In this document: one piece after another, positions 8,424 to 17,534 of the stretch
Numbering within the stretch: position 1 is the first letter of the stretch
Layout: each line of letters begins with the position of its first letter
Translations under genes and position numbers: made by a program
DNA from: Candidatus Spongiisociaceae bacterium
Lineage (GTDB): Bacteria; Actinomycetota; Acidimicrobiia; Spongiisociales; Spongiisociaceae
DNA: 64,000 nt
Direction of reading: 5' to 3'
Assembly (NCBI GenBank): GCA_965202665.1
Contig: OZ241841.1
Coordinates: 1,996,189-2,060,188, forward strand
Notes under the pieces: model-generated
What the model was told of the DNA's origin: nothing
Databases searched by the model: none
Seen by the model: only the letters and a program-made list of their open reading frames with translations

Positions 8424-9576
8424 CAGGTTTCAAATCTCCCGATTCGGAGTCGGCGGGGGCGGAGGATTTCCGGTGGCGGTAGGCCAGCCAGAAGGTAAAG
8501 GCCAAAGCCCCGGTCGCCAGCAGCGAAACCGCTGGCCGCAGGGTGTTGATGCGGTCGAACCACGCTCCTACCAGGGCCACCGTAACCCCGCCGATGGCCG
8601 CCGCGGCGGTCAGTCCCAAGGTTACGGCGCGCAACGCCAACGGCGGGGGCATTTCCCGGTCGGCGGCCAGGCCCATCAATCCCCACACCGGATAGTGGAA
8701 GGCCGCGTAGCAGAGGGCCGTCGCCGCCAAGGCCGCGTATGACCAGAAGTTGGCCGCGGCCAGCAACGCCGCCGTATAGATGGAGGCGGTTACCACTATG
8801 GCGCGCACCGGCCCGGCGCGGTCGGCCAAAGACCCGATGGGGGCGGCCGTCGCCAGAACCGTCAACCCGATCAGCCACCACAGGGCGGCGGCCGCCAACG
8901 GTCCCGCCCCCAACTCGTCGACGGCCGCCACCGTCAAATAGACCCCCATCGTGAAACCGGTTACCGCGGTGGACACCGAGGTGATGATCACCGTCCGTCC
9001 GGCGGTCATCCCCCACACCGCCCGCAACGAACCCGACCGCTCCGGCGGGGGCCCCACCGGGGGGAGGGGCCGCCTGATCATGATGGGGACCGCCGCCGTC
9101 GCTACCGCCGCGCACCCGGCGGCGAACAGGAAGGCCAGTCGCCAATTCTCCGTTCCGGTCAGGGACCAGATGAAGAAACCGTTCAGGGCGGTCCCGATGC
9201 CCGTGCCTGAAGAGGCCATGCTCATCACCAGCCCCCGCCGTTGCGCGTCCGTCACCCGCCCGGCGGACTGCAGGGTGGAGGCCCAGTTGAGGGGGGCCGA
9301 CATACCGAGGGTGACCACGCACAGGGCCAGCACCGGGGCGGAACGGACCGACGACACCAAGAGAAGCCCGGCCCCGGTCAGGGCGTAGGTTCCCATCAAC
9401 AGCCTCCGCAAACCGAAGCGGGCCGCCACCCGGGGGGTCAGGGCCGCCCCCAGGCTGTAGGCGAACATGGCGGCCGACACCGCCAAGCCCAGCGCCCCGT
9501 AGCCGGAGTCCATGGAACGCGAGATGCGGGGCAACATGGCGGGAATCAAACCCATCCCGAACCCGTGGGTGACCAT
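8416..9576 (-). CDS. MFS transporter (YbfB/YjiJ-like)
   Basis: The 386-aa protein is polytopic and hydrophobic. The in-frame upstream sequence (..LKAPAAGVLFGWGI) is also TM-like but has no ATG/GTG/TTG. The true start may therefore be non-canonical, for example CTG at 9633 overlapping the upstream TGA. Confidence 0.7.
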   Translation of the reverse strand: MVTHGFGMGLIPAMLPRISRSMDSGYGALGLAVSAAMFAYSLGAALTPRVAARFGLRRLLMGTYALTGAGLLLVSSVRSAPVLALCVVTLGMSAPLNWASTLQSAGRVTDAQRRGLVMSMASSGTGIGTALNGFFIWSLTGTENWRLAFLFAAGCAAVATAAVPIMIRRPLPPVGPPPERSGSLRAVWGMTAGRTVIITSVSTAVTGFTMGVYLTVAAVDELGAGPLAAAALWWLIGLTVLATAAPIGSLADRAGPVRAIVVTASIYTAALLAAANFWSYAALAATALCYAAFHYPVWGLMGLAADREMPPPLALRAVTLGLTAAAAIGGVTVALVGAWFDRINTLRPAVSLLATGALAFTFWLAYRHRKSSAPADSESGDLKPDG

Positions 9577-9629
9577 GATCCCCCAACCGAAGAGAACCCC
9601 GGCCGCCGGAGCTTTGAGACGGGGCCCGG

Positions 9630-10580
9630 TCAGGAGCGGGCCCTCCGCAGAACTTCGTCGATGGGGGTGGATGCCAAGTCGCCCACCTCCTGCACGTATT
9701 CATACCCGAACCGCCCTTTGATGCACAGGTGGCCGGAGGTTATCGCATGGTCCATGGGGGAAGTCACCTTGACGATCCGGTTGTCCTGCACATGCAGTTC
9801 CAGGTTGCAGCCCACCCCGCAGTAGGAGCAGACGGTCCGCGTCACGGTCTGACGTTCCTCCGCCCACATCTCCGCCTCCCGCAGTTCGTGTTCGCTGCGG
9901 AACATAAGAGCCCCGGTGGGGCAAACCCCGATGCAGTTACCGCAGAACACGCAGGCCGAGTCGGTCAGCCCGGTGTCGAATTCGGTGGAAATGCGGGCCT
10001 CGAATCCCCGCCCTGCCACCGCGATGGCGAATGTATTCTGGGCGTCTTCGCCGCAGGCCTCTACGCACTTGTAGCAGAGTATGCACCGGGAATAGTCCCT
10101 GATGTACAAGGCGTTGTCCACTTTTACCGGTTGCCGCACGGTTTCCGCCTCCTGTCCGTTGACGGGGGGATGATGGCCCGCCGTCCGCCGATCGCGGTCC
10201 TCGGCGGGGGGAGCGGGCGGCCCATAACGGCGCGGGTCGCATCCGTACTCTTCCATCCAGCGGCGGGTTTCCCCGTCTACCAGATCCAGGTCCGTGGAGG
10301 AGGCCAGAAATTCCAGCACCATACGCCGGGAAAGACGCACCCGTTCGCTGTCGGTGAAGACCGCCATCCCCTCCTCCGCCGGGCGGCTGCAGGAGGGGAT
10401 CAGGGTGCGGGAGCCCTCCACTTCCACCACGCACACCCGGCAGACGTTCACCGGGGTCAAGTTTTCCAGATAGCAGAGGGTGGGTTGACCGAGGCCCGCC
10501 GTCCGGCAGGCGTCCAGAATGGTGTCCCCGGCGGCGACGGTCACCTCCGTTCCGTCGATGGTGATGGTCGTTTCACCCAT
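9630..10580 (-). CDS. formate dehydrogenase Fe-S subunit: NuoG-like 2Fe-2S plus 4Fe-4S domains ending with the Mo-enzyme N-terminal 4Fe-4S motif (N-terminal part of a canonical FdhA/FdsA)
   Basis: ITIDGTEVTV..TLCYLE..NVCRVCVVEV is the 2Fe-2S region. CILCYKCVEAC and CVFCGNCIGVCP are ferredoxin motifs. CSYCGVGCNLELHV...GHLCIKGRFGYEYV is the MopB 4Fe-4S domain, after which the protein ends. Confidence 0.85.
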   Translation of the reverse strand: MGETTITIDGTEVTVAAGDTILDACRTAGLGQPTLCYLENLTPVNVCRVCVVEVEGSRTLIPSCSRPAEEGMAVFTDSERVRLSRRMVLEFLASSTDLDLVDGETRRWMEEYGCDPRRYGPPAPPAEDRDRRTAGHHPPVNGQEAETVRQPVKVDNALYIRDYSRCILCYKCVEACGEDAQNTFAIAVAGRGFEARISTEFDTGLTDSACVFCGNCIGVCPTGALMFRSEHELREAEMWAEERQTVTRTVCSYCGVGCNLELHVQDNRIVKVTSPMDHAITSGHLCIKGRFGYEYVQEVGDLASTPIDEVLRRARS

Positions 10581-12375
10581 CGCCCGACTCCAACAGTCCC
10601 AGTTCCGCCGCCGACCGGATGGCGGAGGAGGCGGTGTGCCCCAGTCCGCAGATGGAAGCGTCCGCCATCACCTGCGCCACATCCGAGAACAGATCCCACT
10701 CCCACTCCCCTCCGGCCAGGCGCCGTTCCAGCAGTTCTTCCTGCCGCACCGTTCCCACCCGGCAGGGGACGCACTGCCCGCACGATTCGTCCCGGAAGAA
10801 ACGGGCGATGCGGCGCGCGGCGTCTCCAAAGTCGGTTCCGGGCCCGAACGCGCACACCACCCCCGACCCCAGGGTCGCCCCCCGGGCCCGGGCGTCCTCG
10901 AAGGTGAGGGGCATGTCAAACTGGTCGGGGTCGACGAACACCCCCGCCGCCCCGCCCAGCAGAACCGCCGCCGCCCCGCCCCCGACGGTTCCGCCCGCCT
11001 TTTCCAGCAACCCGCCCAAGGTTTCCCCGAACTCCACCTCGTACAGCCCCGGCCGCCCCACATCCCCCGCTAGGCAGAACAATTTGGTTCCGGTGGAATC
11101 GGGGGTTCCCACCGCCGCGAAGGCCGCCCCTCCCCGCAATACGATTTCCGGCACGTTGAGCAAGGTTTCCACGTTGTTAATGACCGTGGGCCGCCCGAAC
11201 AGCCCCGCTACGGTGGGGAAAGGGGGCTTGTTGCGGGGCTCGCCCCGCTTGCCCTCGATGGAATTCATCAGGGCCGTTTCCTCCCCGCAGATGTAGGCCC
11301 CGCCGCCCCGCCGGATCTCAATGTCAAACGCCCGTCCCGACCCGGCGACGTCGTTTCCCAGCAGGCCGGCCCGCCGCGCCCCGGCTACGGCCTTCTCCAT
11401 TCTTTCCGTCGCCAAAGGATACTCGGCCCTTATGTACAGGTATCCGATCTCCGCCCCCACGGCCAGCCCGGCGATGGTCATGGACTCCGTCAGGGCGAAC
11501 GGGTCGCCTTCCATCAAAACCCGGTCTTTGAAGGTGCCCGGCTCGGACTCGTCGGCGTTGCAGATCAGATAACGGGGGCGGTCGGGGGAGCGGGCCACCG
11601 CCTCCCATTTGATCCCGGCCGGGAAAGCCGCCCCGCCCCGCCCCCGCAACCGGGAGGCCTTGACTTCTTCGATAACCCGCTCCGGGCCGATTTCGATCGC
11701 CCGGCGCAGGGCCGCGTAGCCCCCCGTCCGCCGATAATCATCCAGCGAAAGGGGATCCGCCGTCCCTATTCGGCGCAGCAACCGCAACCCGGCCTCACCC
11801 TGTTGGGGAAGGGGCGGCGGGGCCGGGGGAGGGGGGGCTTCCGAGTCGAGGCAGGCCGCCACATAAGCGGCGTCGGCCCCGGTCGCGGCCAAGTCGCGCC
11901 TACCCGCCCGTTGGATGAAAGCGGCCGGGGCCCGGTCGCACTGGCCCAGGCAGGGGCTGGGATGGACATCGCCCCGCCCCCGCAGCGAAGCCAGAATCTC
12001 CGTACCGCCCCTCCGCCGGCACACTACGTCGTCGCAGATGTGGGCCACCCGGCGGGGACGTTCCGTCAACGACAGCAGAGCGTAGAAACTGGCCACTCCG
12101 TAGGCTTCCGCCGGGGGGACGATCAGCCGCTCGCATATGTAATTGAGGGCCCCCCGGCTGATCCAGCCCACTTGATCGGAAACGGCGTGCAAAGCGGGGA
12201 GCAACAGATGTCGTCGTTCGATCATGCGCCGGTATCCACCCGGGGCGGTGCGCATCATCGGCGAGGGGCCGGCCTCCCCGTTTTCGGCCGGGTTCGCCCC
12301 CTCCTCCGTTGCGGGCGCGCCCAAGAGCCGGTCGACCGCCTCCCGCTCCTCGGCGGTGGGGGCGGCGGACATCAA
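10573..12375 (-). CDS. NAD(H)-binding formate dehydrogenase subunit, NuoE-like/NuoF-like fusion
   Basis: The N-terminal half resembles NuoE (ASFYALLSL...HICDDVVC...CLGQCDRAPA). The C-terminal half resembles NuoF (GRGGAAFPAGIKW, CNADESEPGTFKDR, ESCGQCVPCR). Confidence 0.9.
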   Translation of the reverse strand: MMSAAPTAEEREAVDRLLGAPATEEGANPAENGEAGPSPMMRTAPGGYRRMIERRHLLLPALHAVSDQVGWISRGALNYICERLIVPPAEAYGVASFYALLSLTERPRRVAHICDDVVCRRRGGTEILASLRGRGDVHPSPCLGQCDRAPAAFIQRAGRRDLAATGADAAYVAACLDSEAPPPPAPPPLPQQGEAGLRLLRRIGTADPLSLDDYRRTGGYAALRRAIEIGPERVIEEVKASRLRGRGGAAFPAGIKWEAVARSPDRPRYLICNADESEPGTFKDRVLMEGDPFALTESMTIAGLAVGAEIGYLYIRAEYPLATERMEKAVAGARRAGLLGNDVAGSGRAFDIEIRRGGGAYICGEETALMNSIEGKRGEPRNKPPFPTVAGLFGRPTVINNVETLLNVPEIVLRGGAAFAAVGTPDSTGTKLFCLAGDVGRPGLYEVEFGETLGGLLEKAGGTVGGGAAAVLLGGAAGVFVDPDQFDMPLTFEDARARGATLGSGVVCAFGPGTDFGDAARRIARFFRDESCGQCVPCRVGTVRQEELLERRLAGGEWEWDLFSDVAQVMADASICGLGHTASSAIRSAAELGLLESGDG

Positions 12376-12383
12376 CCGCAGGT

Positions 12384-14284
12384 CTATGGGGAAACTCCGT
12401 GCGGGACCGCCCGCTCAATGCGCACCGCGGTGGCTTTGAACTCGGAGGTGCCCGATTTTGGGTCCCAGGCGTCGGTGGTGAGCAGGTTGACATCCGCTTC
12501 GTCCGGGTCGTGGCAGCTCATAAAAGCCAACCCGCCCGCAACGACCGATGGAAGAACACCGGAACGGCGATGGAACCCCGGCGGGAGATGACATTCACCA
12601 GCTCGCCTTCCCGCAGTCCCATATGCTCCCCGTCCTCGGGGGCGATTTCCACCGCCGCCGCACCCCGCAAGGGAGAGTCGTATCCCGCCGACTGCACCCC
12701 GGTGTTGTAGGAGTCCAAGCGGCGGCCGGTGGTGAGGCGGATCGGGTATTCCCCGGACAGGCCGTCGCGCGGGGGGGCCCAAGGGGCGGGTGTGAAAGAG
12801 GCGGGCGGGCGGGTCAGGGGGCGCTCCCACAGGTCGCCGTGCAGGAACTGCGTGCCGGGATGCTTCTCGTCCGGGCAGGGCCACTGAATGCCCCCGGACG
12901 ACTCCAACCGGGTATAGGACATTCCGCGGTGCATGGGGGACAGGCTGCGCACTTCTTCCCACACTTCCTCGGCGGAGGGGAAACCCCACCCGCGGCCCAT
13001 CCGTTCCGCCAACCCGGAGATGATGTCCAGGTCGTCCCGGGCCTGGCCGGGGGGGTGAAGGGCCCGGCGCACCCGTTGCACCCGTCGCTCCGAGTTGGTG
13101 ACGGTGCCTTCCGATTCGGCCCATCCGGCGGCGGCCGGCAACACCACATCGGCCATTTGGGCGGTGCGGGTCAGGAAAATGTCCTGCACCACCAGAAAAT
13201 CCAGGCCTTCCATAACTTCCCGGACATGGGCGGCCCGGGCTTCGGACTGGGCCGGGTTTTCCCCGATGATGTACAGGCCGGTCAGTTCCTTGCGTTCCAT
13301 CGCCTCCAGCATGAGGGTGAGGTGCCAGCCGATGCGGGGCGGGACGGGCGCTCCCCAGCGGGTTTGGAACGGGGCGCGGAGGTCCGGGTCCTCCACATCT
13401 TGGAAACCGGGCAGTTTGTTGGGTATGGCTCCCATATCGCCCCCGCCCTGCACGTTGTTCTGCCCCCGCAACGGAACCAGGCCCGAACCGTAACGGCCCA
13501 CATGCCCGGTGAGCAGGGCCAAGTTGATCAGGGACAGCACGTTGTCGGTGGCGTTGTGATGTTCGGTGATGCCCAATGTCCAGCAGATCTGGGCTGATTT
13601 GGCTGTTGCGTAATCGCGGGCCATCTGTTGGATGACGGCCGCCGGGACGCCGGTCACCTGCTCGCCGCGCCGCAAAGTCCACTCGTCCACCGCCGCCGCG
13701 TAGCCGTCGAATCCGGTGGTGGAGCGGGAAATGAAGTCCGAGTTATGCAGGCCGGCCGCGATTATCTCCCGTCCCACCGCGTTGGCTAAGGCGATGTCCG
13801 ACCCCACGTCGATTCCCAGCCAGGTATCCGCCCACTTGGTGGAGCTGGTGCGACGGGGATCCACCGCGTACATTTTCGCCCCCGCCCGCAAGCCCCGCAT
13901 CAGGTGGTGAAAAAAGATGGGGTGCGCCTCGCGGGCGTTGGAACCCCACAACAGAACCAGGTCGGTGGTTTCGATTTCTTGGTAGGAGGAAGTTCCGCCT
14001 CCCACTCCCAGCGCGGTCGCCAGACCGGCGACCGAAGGAGCGTGTCAGGTGCGGTTGCAGGAGTCGATGTTGTTGGACCCCATCACCGCCCGGGCGAACT
14101 TCTGCGCCAGGTAGTTGACCTCGTTGGTGGCCTTGGAGCAGGAAAACATCCCAAAGTCATTACCCCGGTGCCCGGACAGCCCGCGGGCCGCCTCATCCAG
14201 GGCTTGTTCCCATGAGGCCTCCGTCAACTCCCCGCCGCGTCGCACCAAAGGCGCGGTCAGCCGGACATTGTACGGTTTTGCCAT
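12384..14284 (-). CDS. formate dehydrogenase catalytic molybdopterin subunit with in-frame UGA (selenocysteine) and an apparent 1-nt frameshift near 12529..12537
   Basis: Track ORFs 14045..14284 and 12518..14005 share one frame and are separated only by TGA 14045..14047. This gives ..NIDSCNRT-U-HAPSVAGLATALG, the Sec/Cys active-site motif of FdhA/FdhH. The conserved C-terminus (GLAFMSCHDPDEADVNLLTTDAWDPKSGTSEFKATAVRIE) is read in another frame, at the tail of track ORF 12384..13682. Confidence 0.8.
14015..14047 (-). promoter_or_regulatory. UGA codon plus SECIS-like hairpin
   Basis: The mRNA reads UGA-CACGCUCCUUC-GGUCGCC-GGUCU-GGCGACC. A perfect 7-bp stem with a GGUCU loop starts 11 nt after UGA. 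It uses a GGU Gly codon that looks uncommon in this window. Confidence 0.65.
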
Positions 14285-14345
14285 TTTTCACCTCCTTCCC
14301 CGGGAAATTTCCCGCGCCGGATTGGGGATGGGCTCCCCCCGGCTC

Positions 14346-16112
14346 TCAGAACAGGCCGACGATGCGCCCCTCCTCGTCCAGATCCACATCCATGTAGGCG
14401 GGTTTGGTTCCCAGCCCCGGCATAGTGCGGATCTCGCCCAGCAAGGGCACCAGGAAACCGGCCCCCACCGCCGCCCGCACTTCCCGCACCGGTACGGTGA
14501 ACCCGGAGGGGCGCCCTTTCAGGGTGGGGTCGTGGGACAGGGAAAGGTGGGTTTTGGCCATGCAAACGGGCAGGTAGCCGAACCCGGTGCGTTCCAAGTC
14601 GGCGATCTGCCCGTTGGCGGCCGGGGAGTACTCCACCCCGGCCGCTCCGTATACGTCGCGGGCCACGGCCTCTATTTTTTCCTTGATGGACAACTCCAGA
14701 GGATACAGGAAACGGAAATCCCGTTCGCCCTGCGCCGCATCCGCCACCGCCTCCGCCAAGCGCAAAGCCCCCTTCCCCCCCTCGGCCCAGTGGTGGGCGG
14801 TGACGGCGGCCGTCGCCCCCGATTCGAGGGCCGCCCGTTCCACCGCCTCCAACTCGTGCTGCGTGTCGGTGGGGAAGGCGTTCACGGCCGCCACCACCGG
14901 CACTCCGAAGCGCCGGGCGGTCTCAATGTGCGCCGTCAGGTTGCCCAAGCCGGCCTGCAGCAACGGCAGGTTCTCCTGGGTGTAAGCCGAATCCAATCTC
15001 CGCCCCGCCACCACCCGCGGTCCCCCCCCGTGGGTTTTCAAGGCGCGGACGGTGGCCACCAAAACCACCGCATCCGGCGCCAGCCCCGAAGCCCGGCATT
15101 TGATGTTGAAGAACTTCTCCATTCCCATATCGGCCCCGAACCCGGATTCGGTTACCACGTATTCTCCCAGATGCAGGGCCAGCCGATCGGCCAGGATGGA
15201 GGAGTTGCCGTGGGCGATGTTGGCGAACGGCCCGGCGTGCACGAAGGCCGCTTGGCCCTCCAGGGTTTGCATGAGCGTGGGATGCAGGGTGTCTTTCATC
15301 AAAACCGCCACCGCCCCCGCCACTCCCACATCGTCCAAGGTGATCGGTTCGCCGGCCTTGTTGCGGCCGATTACCACCCGCCCGCAACGTTCCCGCAGGT
15401 TGCGCAGGGCGGAGGGGTAATCGTTGCCGTCTGCCAAGGCCAAGATGGCCATCAGTTCGGACGCCACCGTGATGTCGTATCCGGTTTCCCGGGGGCGCCC
15501 GTCCAGTCGCCCGCCCAACCCGACCACGACGTTGCGCAGCGAACGGTCGTTTATGTCAACCACCCGCCGCCATTCGGTGCGGAACACGTCGATGTCCAGC
15601 CTTTCCAAACCGACCGCCTCCAGTTGATCATCGGACATGCGCCGTTCGTGGTACCAGCGGGCGTCGATGGCGGCCGCGGCCAGGTTGTGGGCGGCGCTTA
15701 TGGCGTGGATGTCCCCGGTCAGGTGCAGGTTGAACTCGTCCATGGGGACCACTTGGCTGTAGCCGCCCCCGGCCGCCCCCCCTTTGATGCCGAAGGTGGG
15801 GCCCATGGAGGGCTGGCGGATGGCGGCGACGGCCCGTTTGCCCAACGCCCCCAGGCCCTGGGTGAGGCCGATGGTGGTGGTGGTTTTGCCTTCTCCCAGC
15901 GGGGTGGGGGTGATGGCGGTTACGTCGATGTATTTGCCCGTCGGACGGGAGCCAACTCGTTTCAGGATGTCCAAGTGCACTTTTGCTTTGGCGTGCCCGT
16001 AGGGGATCAGCTCGTCCGGTTCTATGCCCACCGAGTCGGCGACTTCGGTTATCGGACGCACCCGGGCCGCTTGGGCGATGGCCAGGTCGGAGGGTACTTT
16101 GGCGTAGGGCAT
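14346..16112 (-). CDS. fhs: formate--tetrahydrofolate ligase
   Basis: The true start is ATG 16112..16110, preceded by AAGGAAG. MPYAKVPSDLAIAQ...TPTPLGEGKTTTTIGL... is canonical Fhs. The first 111 codons of track ORF 14346..16445 are not coding. Confidence 0.95.
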   Translation of the reverse strand: MPYAKVPSDLAIAQAARVRPITEVADSVGIEPDELIPYGHAKAKVHLDILKRVGSRPTGKYIDVTAITPTPLGEGKTTTTIGLTQGLGALGKRAVAAIRQPSMGPTFGIKGGAAGGGYSQVVPMDEFNLHLTGDIHAISAAHNLAAAAIDARWYHERRMSDDQLEAVGLERLDIDVFRTEWRRVVDINDRSLRNVVVGLGGRLDGRPRETGYDITVASELMAILALADGNDYPSALRNLRERCGRVVIGRNKAGEPITLDDVGVAGAVAVLMKDTLHPTLMQTLEGQAAFVHAGPFANIAHGNSSILADRLALHLGEYVVTESGFGADMGMEKFFNIKCRASGLAPDAVVLVATVRALKTHGGGPRVVAGRRLDSAYTQENLPLLQAGLGNLTAHIETARRFGVPVVAAVNAFPTDTQHELEAVERAALESGATAAVTAHHWAEGGKGALRLAEAVADAAQGERDFRFLYPLELSIKEKIEAVARDVYGAAGVEYSPAANGQIADLERTGFGYLPVCMAKTHLSLSHDPTLKGRPSGFTVPVREVRAAVGAGFLVPLLGEIRTMPGLGTKPAYMDVDLDEEGRIVGLF

Positions 16113-16265
16113 GGGCTTCCTTGCTGAGGATGCGTTGCGGATGCGAAATTTCATATTACCACGATACGGAACAGTTCCGCATTGCGGTACGGGCGGGTTT
16201 CCCGCCCGCAAACGCCTGCAAAAATAAAACCGGGATACTAGGGTGTAGCCAACTGGGCGGTTAGG

Positions 16266-17534
16266 ATGGGCAAGGGGGGCGAACATGCCGCGGGAGAGAG
16301 GAGCGGAGTGTCTGAATCTAACGGGGACGCTATCGTCCGCTTGGAGAACGTATATAAGATTTTCGGGCCGCAACCGCACGGTCGGGCTTTTGACCTGACG
16401 CGGTCCGGAGTCGGCAAAGACGAGGTGTTGCGGCAGTCGGGGCATGTGGTGGGCCTCAACGATGTAAACTTTTCAGTTCACCAAGGGGAGATTTTCGTGG
16501 TGATGGGTTTGTCTGGATCGGGCAAATCCACCGCCATCCGCACCGTCAACAAGTTGTTCCACACCACCTACGGACATGTGTGGGTGGACGGAACCGATGT
16601 GCAGACTTTGGACGGCAAAACCTTGCAATCGTTTCGCCGGGAGAAGATGGGGATGGTGTTTCAGCATTTCGCCCTCTTCCCGCATCGGACGGTCATCTAC
16701 AACGTGGGCTACGGGCTGAAAGTGCAGAAGGTGGACAAAAGGGACCGGGATGCGGCTTCTATGAAAGCGCTGTCCCTGGTGGGGTTGGAGCCCTACGCCG
16801 ACAACCTGCCCCGGGAACTGTCGGGGGGCATGCAGCAACGGGTGGGCTTGGCCCGGGCGCTGGCCTCCGACCCTGACATTTTGCTGATGGACGAAGCCTT
16901 CTCCGCGTTGGATCCGCTTATCCGCCGCCAGATGCAGGACGAGATGATGGAAATCCAGAACGAGTTGCACAAGACCATTCTGTTTATCACCCACGATCTG
17001 AACGAGGCCCTGCGCATCGGGGATCGGGTGTGCATCATGAAAGACGGAGCGGTGGTGCAAATCGGCACCCCCGAGGAAATACTGACCGAACCCGCCACCG
17101 GTTACGTGGCCGAGTTCGTCCAAGATGTGGACCAGGGGCGGGTAATCGAAGTGCGGGAGGTAATGACCCGGCCCGATCCGTTGCAGGCCGGAATGACCCT
17201 GACGGAGGCGGTGTCCCACATCGGGGACCGCACCGGGGCCTTCGTGGTGGATGGGGACGGCCGTCCCGCCAGCCTGCTCACCCTGTCCGACGCGTTGCGG
17301 GCCGCCGGGACGGGATCCTCCGACATGAGCGCCGCCCTGCGCCAGGACTTCGACCAGACCGACGTCCACACCTGCCTGAACTCGGTGTACGCCGCCGCCG
17401 GACGGGGGTTGCCGATAGCGGTGGTGGACGAGTCGGGGGTGTTGGTGGGCAACCTGGATCCCCGGTTGATCATGGAGGAGATGGGACGGGTGGAGCAACT
17501 AATCGACGGCTTTGAACGGGAGACGTTCCTATGA
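16266..17534 (+). CDS. proV: glycine betaine/proline ABC transporter ATP-binding protein with C-terminal CBS domains
   Basis: Walker A GLSGSGKST, signature LSGGMQQRVGLARAL, Walker B ILLMDEAFSALD and a CBS-like tail. An alternative in-frame start is GTG 16308, behind GAGAGGAG. Confidence 0.9.
   Translation: MGKGGEHAAGERSGVSESNGDAIVRLENVYKIFGPQPHGRAFDLTRSGVGKDEVLRQSGHVVGLNDVNFSVHQGEIFVVMGLSGSGKSTAIRTVNKLFHTTYGHVWVDGTDVQTLDGKTLQSFRREKMGMVFQHFALFPHRTVIYNVGYGLKVQKVDKRDRDAASMKALSLVGLEPYADNLPRELSGGMQQRVGLARALASDPDILLMDEAFSALDPLIRRQMQDEMMEIQNELHKTILFITHDLNEALRIGDRVCIMKDGAVVQIGTPEEILTEPATGYVAEFVQDVDQGRVIEVREVMTRPDPLQAGMTLTEAVSHIGDRTGAFVVDGDGRPASLLTLSDALRAAGTGSSDMSAALRQDFDQTDVHTCLNSVYAAAGRGLPIAVVDESGVLVGNLDPRLIMEEMGRVEQLIDGFERETFL

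Noticed and set aside
14045-14047. TGA as a simple inactivating nonsense mutation, making FDH a pseudogene.
   Set aside because: The position coincides with the catalytic Sec/Cys residue, and an fdhF-like hairpin lies at the correct 11-nt spacing. Selenocysteine is therefore more likely. The nearby frameshift at about 12530 keeps the pseudogene option alive, and that is reported separately.
16113-16265. A possible ZTP (pfl) or THF riboswitch in the fhs leader, because fhs is a classic ZTP-regulated gene.
   Set aside because: I could not find the conserved ZTP core (GGGUCGUGAC... / CCGCCUGGGCA-like pseudoknot) or recognisable THF motifs on the minus strand. Only a generic GGCGGG-UUU-CCCGCC hairpin and a GAAATTTC palindrome are present. 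A covariance-model scan would settle this.
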